A DNA stretch of 64,000 nt from a virus (lineage: Duplodnaviria > Heunggongvirae > Uroviricota > Caudoviricetes): positions 1-64,000 of IMG/VR virus record IMGVR_UViG_3300005758_000044; one strand, 5' to 3'. The notes beneath the pieces are model-generated. The model ran no database searches. It saw nothing but the letters and a program-made list of their open reading frames with translations, and was not told the DNA's origin. This document shows, piece after piece, positions 63,746 to 64,000 of this stretch. The position numbers were made by a program, and so were the translations under genes. The number at the start of each line of letters is the position of its first letter. Positions within the stretch are counted from its first letter, which is position 1.

Positions 63746-64000
63746 ATGGATAAATGTAAACTTGAAAATGAAATAAATAATGGACTTTCAATCAGTGAAA
63801 TTTCCAAAAAGTATAATTTGGGAAAAACAACAGTTAGATACTATCTTAAAAAGTATTTGCTTAAAACCAACAAAAAACGAAAATATTCAGTAATAGATTG
63901 GTCTGAATGTCAATCACTTTACGATGGTGGTTTGACTTGGCGGGATTTGCAAAAAAGATATCCGTCTAATTCTATAAACTGGGCTGTAAAAAATGGATTC
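63746..64000 (+). CDS. hypothetical protein, partial (possible homing-endonuclease-like N-terminus)
   Basis: open frame from ATG 63746 to window end; Lys-rich MDKCKLENEINNGLSISEISKKYNLGKTTVRYYLKKY resembles the N-terminus of the HNH protein at 58485. Confidence 0.35.
   Translation, partial: MDKCKLENEINNGLSISEISKKYNLGKTTVRYYLKKYLLKTNKKRKYSVIDWSECQSLYDGGLTWRDLQKRYPSNSINWAVKNGF

Overview
The window reads as part of a large virulent dsDNA bacteriophage genome, about 38-40% GC with two GC-rich islands. No mobile integrase, CRISPR array, rRNA or reverse transcriptase was found.

Layout:
- 1-27,300: a minus-strand block of metabolic and modification genes. It includes an ATP-type DNA ligase, a dCMP deaminase, an inorganic pyrophosphatase, two P-loop kinases, an SPFH lipoprotein, a collagen-like fibre protein, SAM methyltransferases, GT1 and GT9 glycosyltransferases, an LpxH-like phosphoesterase, a GNAT acetyltransferase, a SET-domain protein and a three-member paralogue family.
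- 27,300-27,930: an AT-rich control region carrying three tandem consensus sigma70 promoters.
- 27,900-53,700: an early-type region of about 70 mostly small genes. Nearly every gene has its own strong extended -10 sigma70 promoter with the consensus cTTGACTTTCTCTAAAAC-N4-TGATAcacT-N8-ATG. This gives essentially leaderless, Shine-Dalgarno-less mRNAs. Genes on the minus strand at 33.3-40.8 kb carry the same promoter in reverse orientation.
- 53,700-57,600: a second plus/minus block.
- 57,650-63,700: a cluster of about 24 tRNA genes. It is interleaved with an HNH homing endonuclease, a GT9-like glycosyltransferase, an SDR epimerase and several structured spacers.

The most unusual features are these:
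- The tRNA cluster holds two parallel tRNA populations. One is canonical. The other has non-canonical T-loops (GGCRGCA, AGCGTAA, AGCATTA, TGCGAGT) and D-loops lacking G18G19. For several anticodons both versions are present.
- Conserved hairpins with compensatory base changes sit immediately upstream of many early promoters.
- The motif ATGGTTTTCCGCGGCTGG is dispersed across the early region.
- A second upstream motif, GGTGGGCAGCG-YAAATA, precedes minus-strand genes.
- A transcript of about 570 nt at 49.2-49.8 kb has its own promoter and no ORF.
- Host-like proteins are present: a ribosomal bL12 C-terminal-domain homologue, a type IV prepilin-like protein, a SET-domain protein and a membrane PAS-domain protein.
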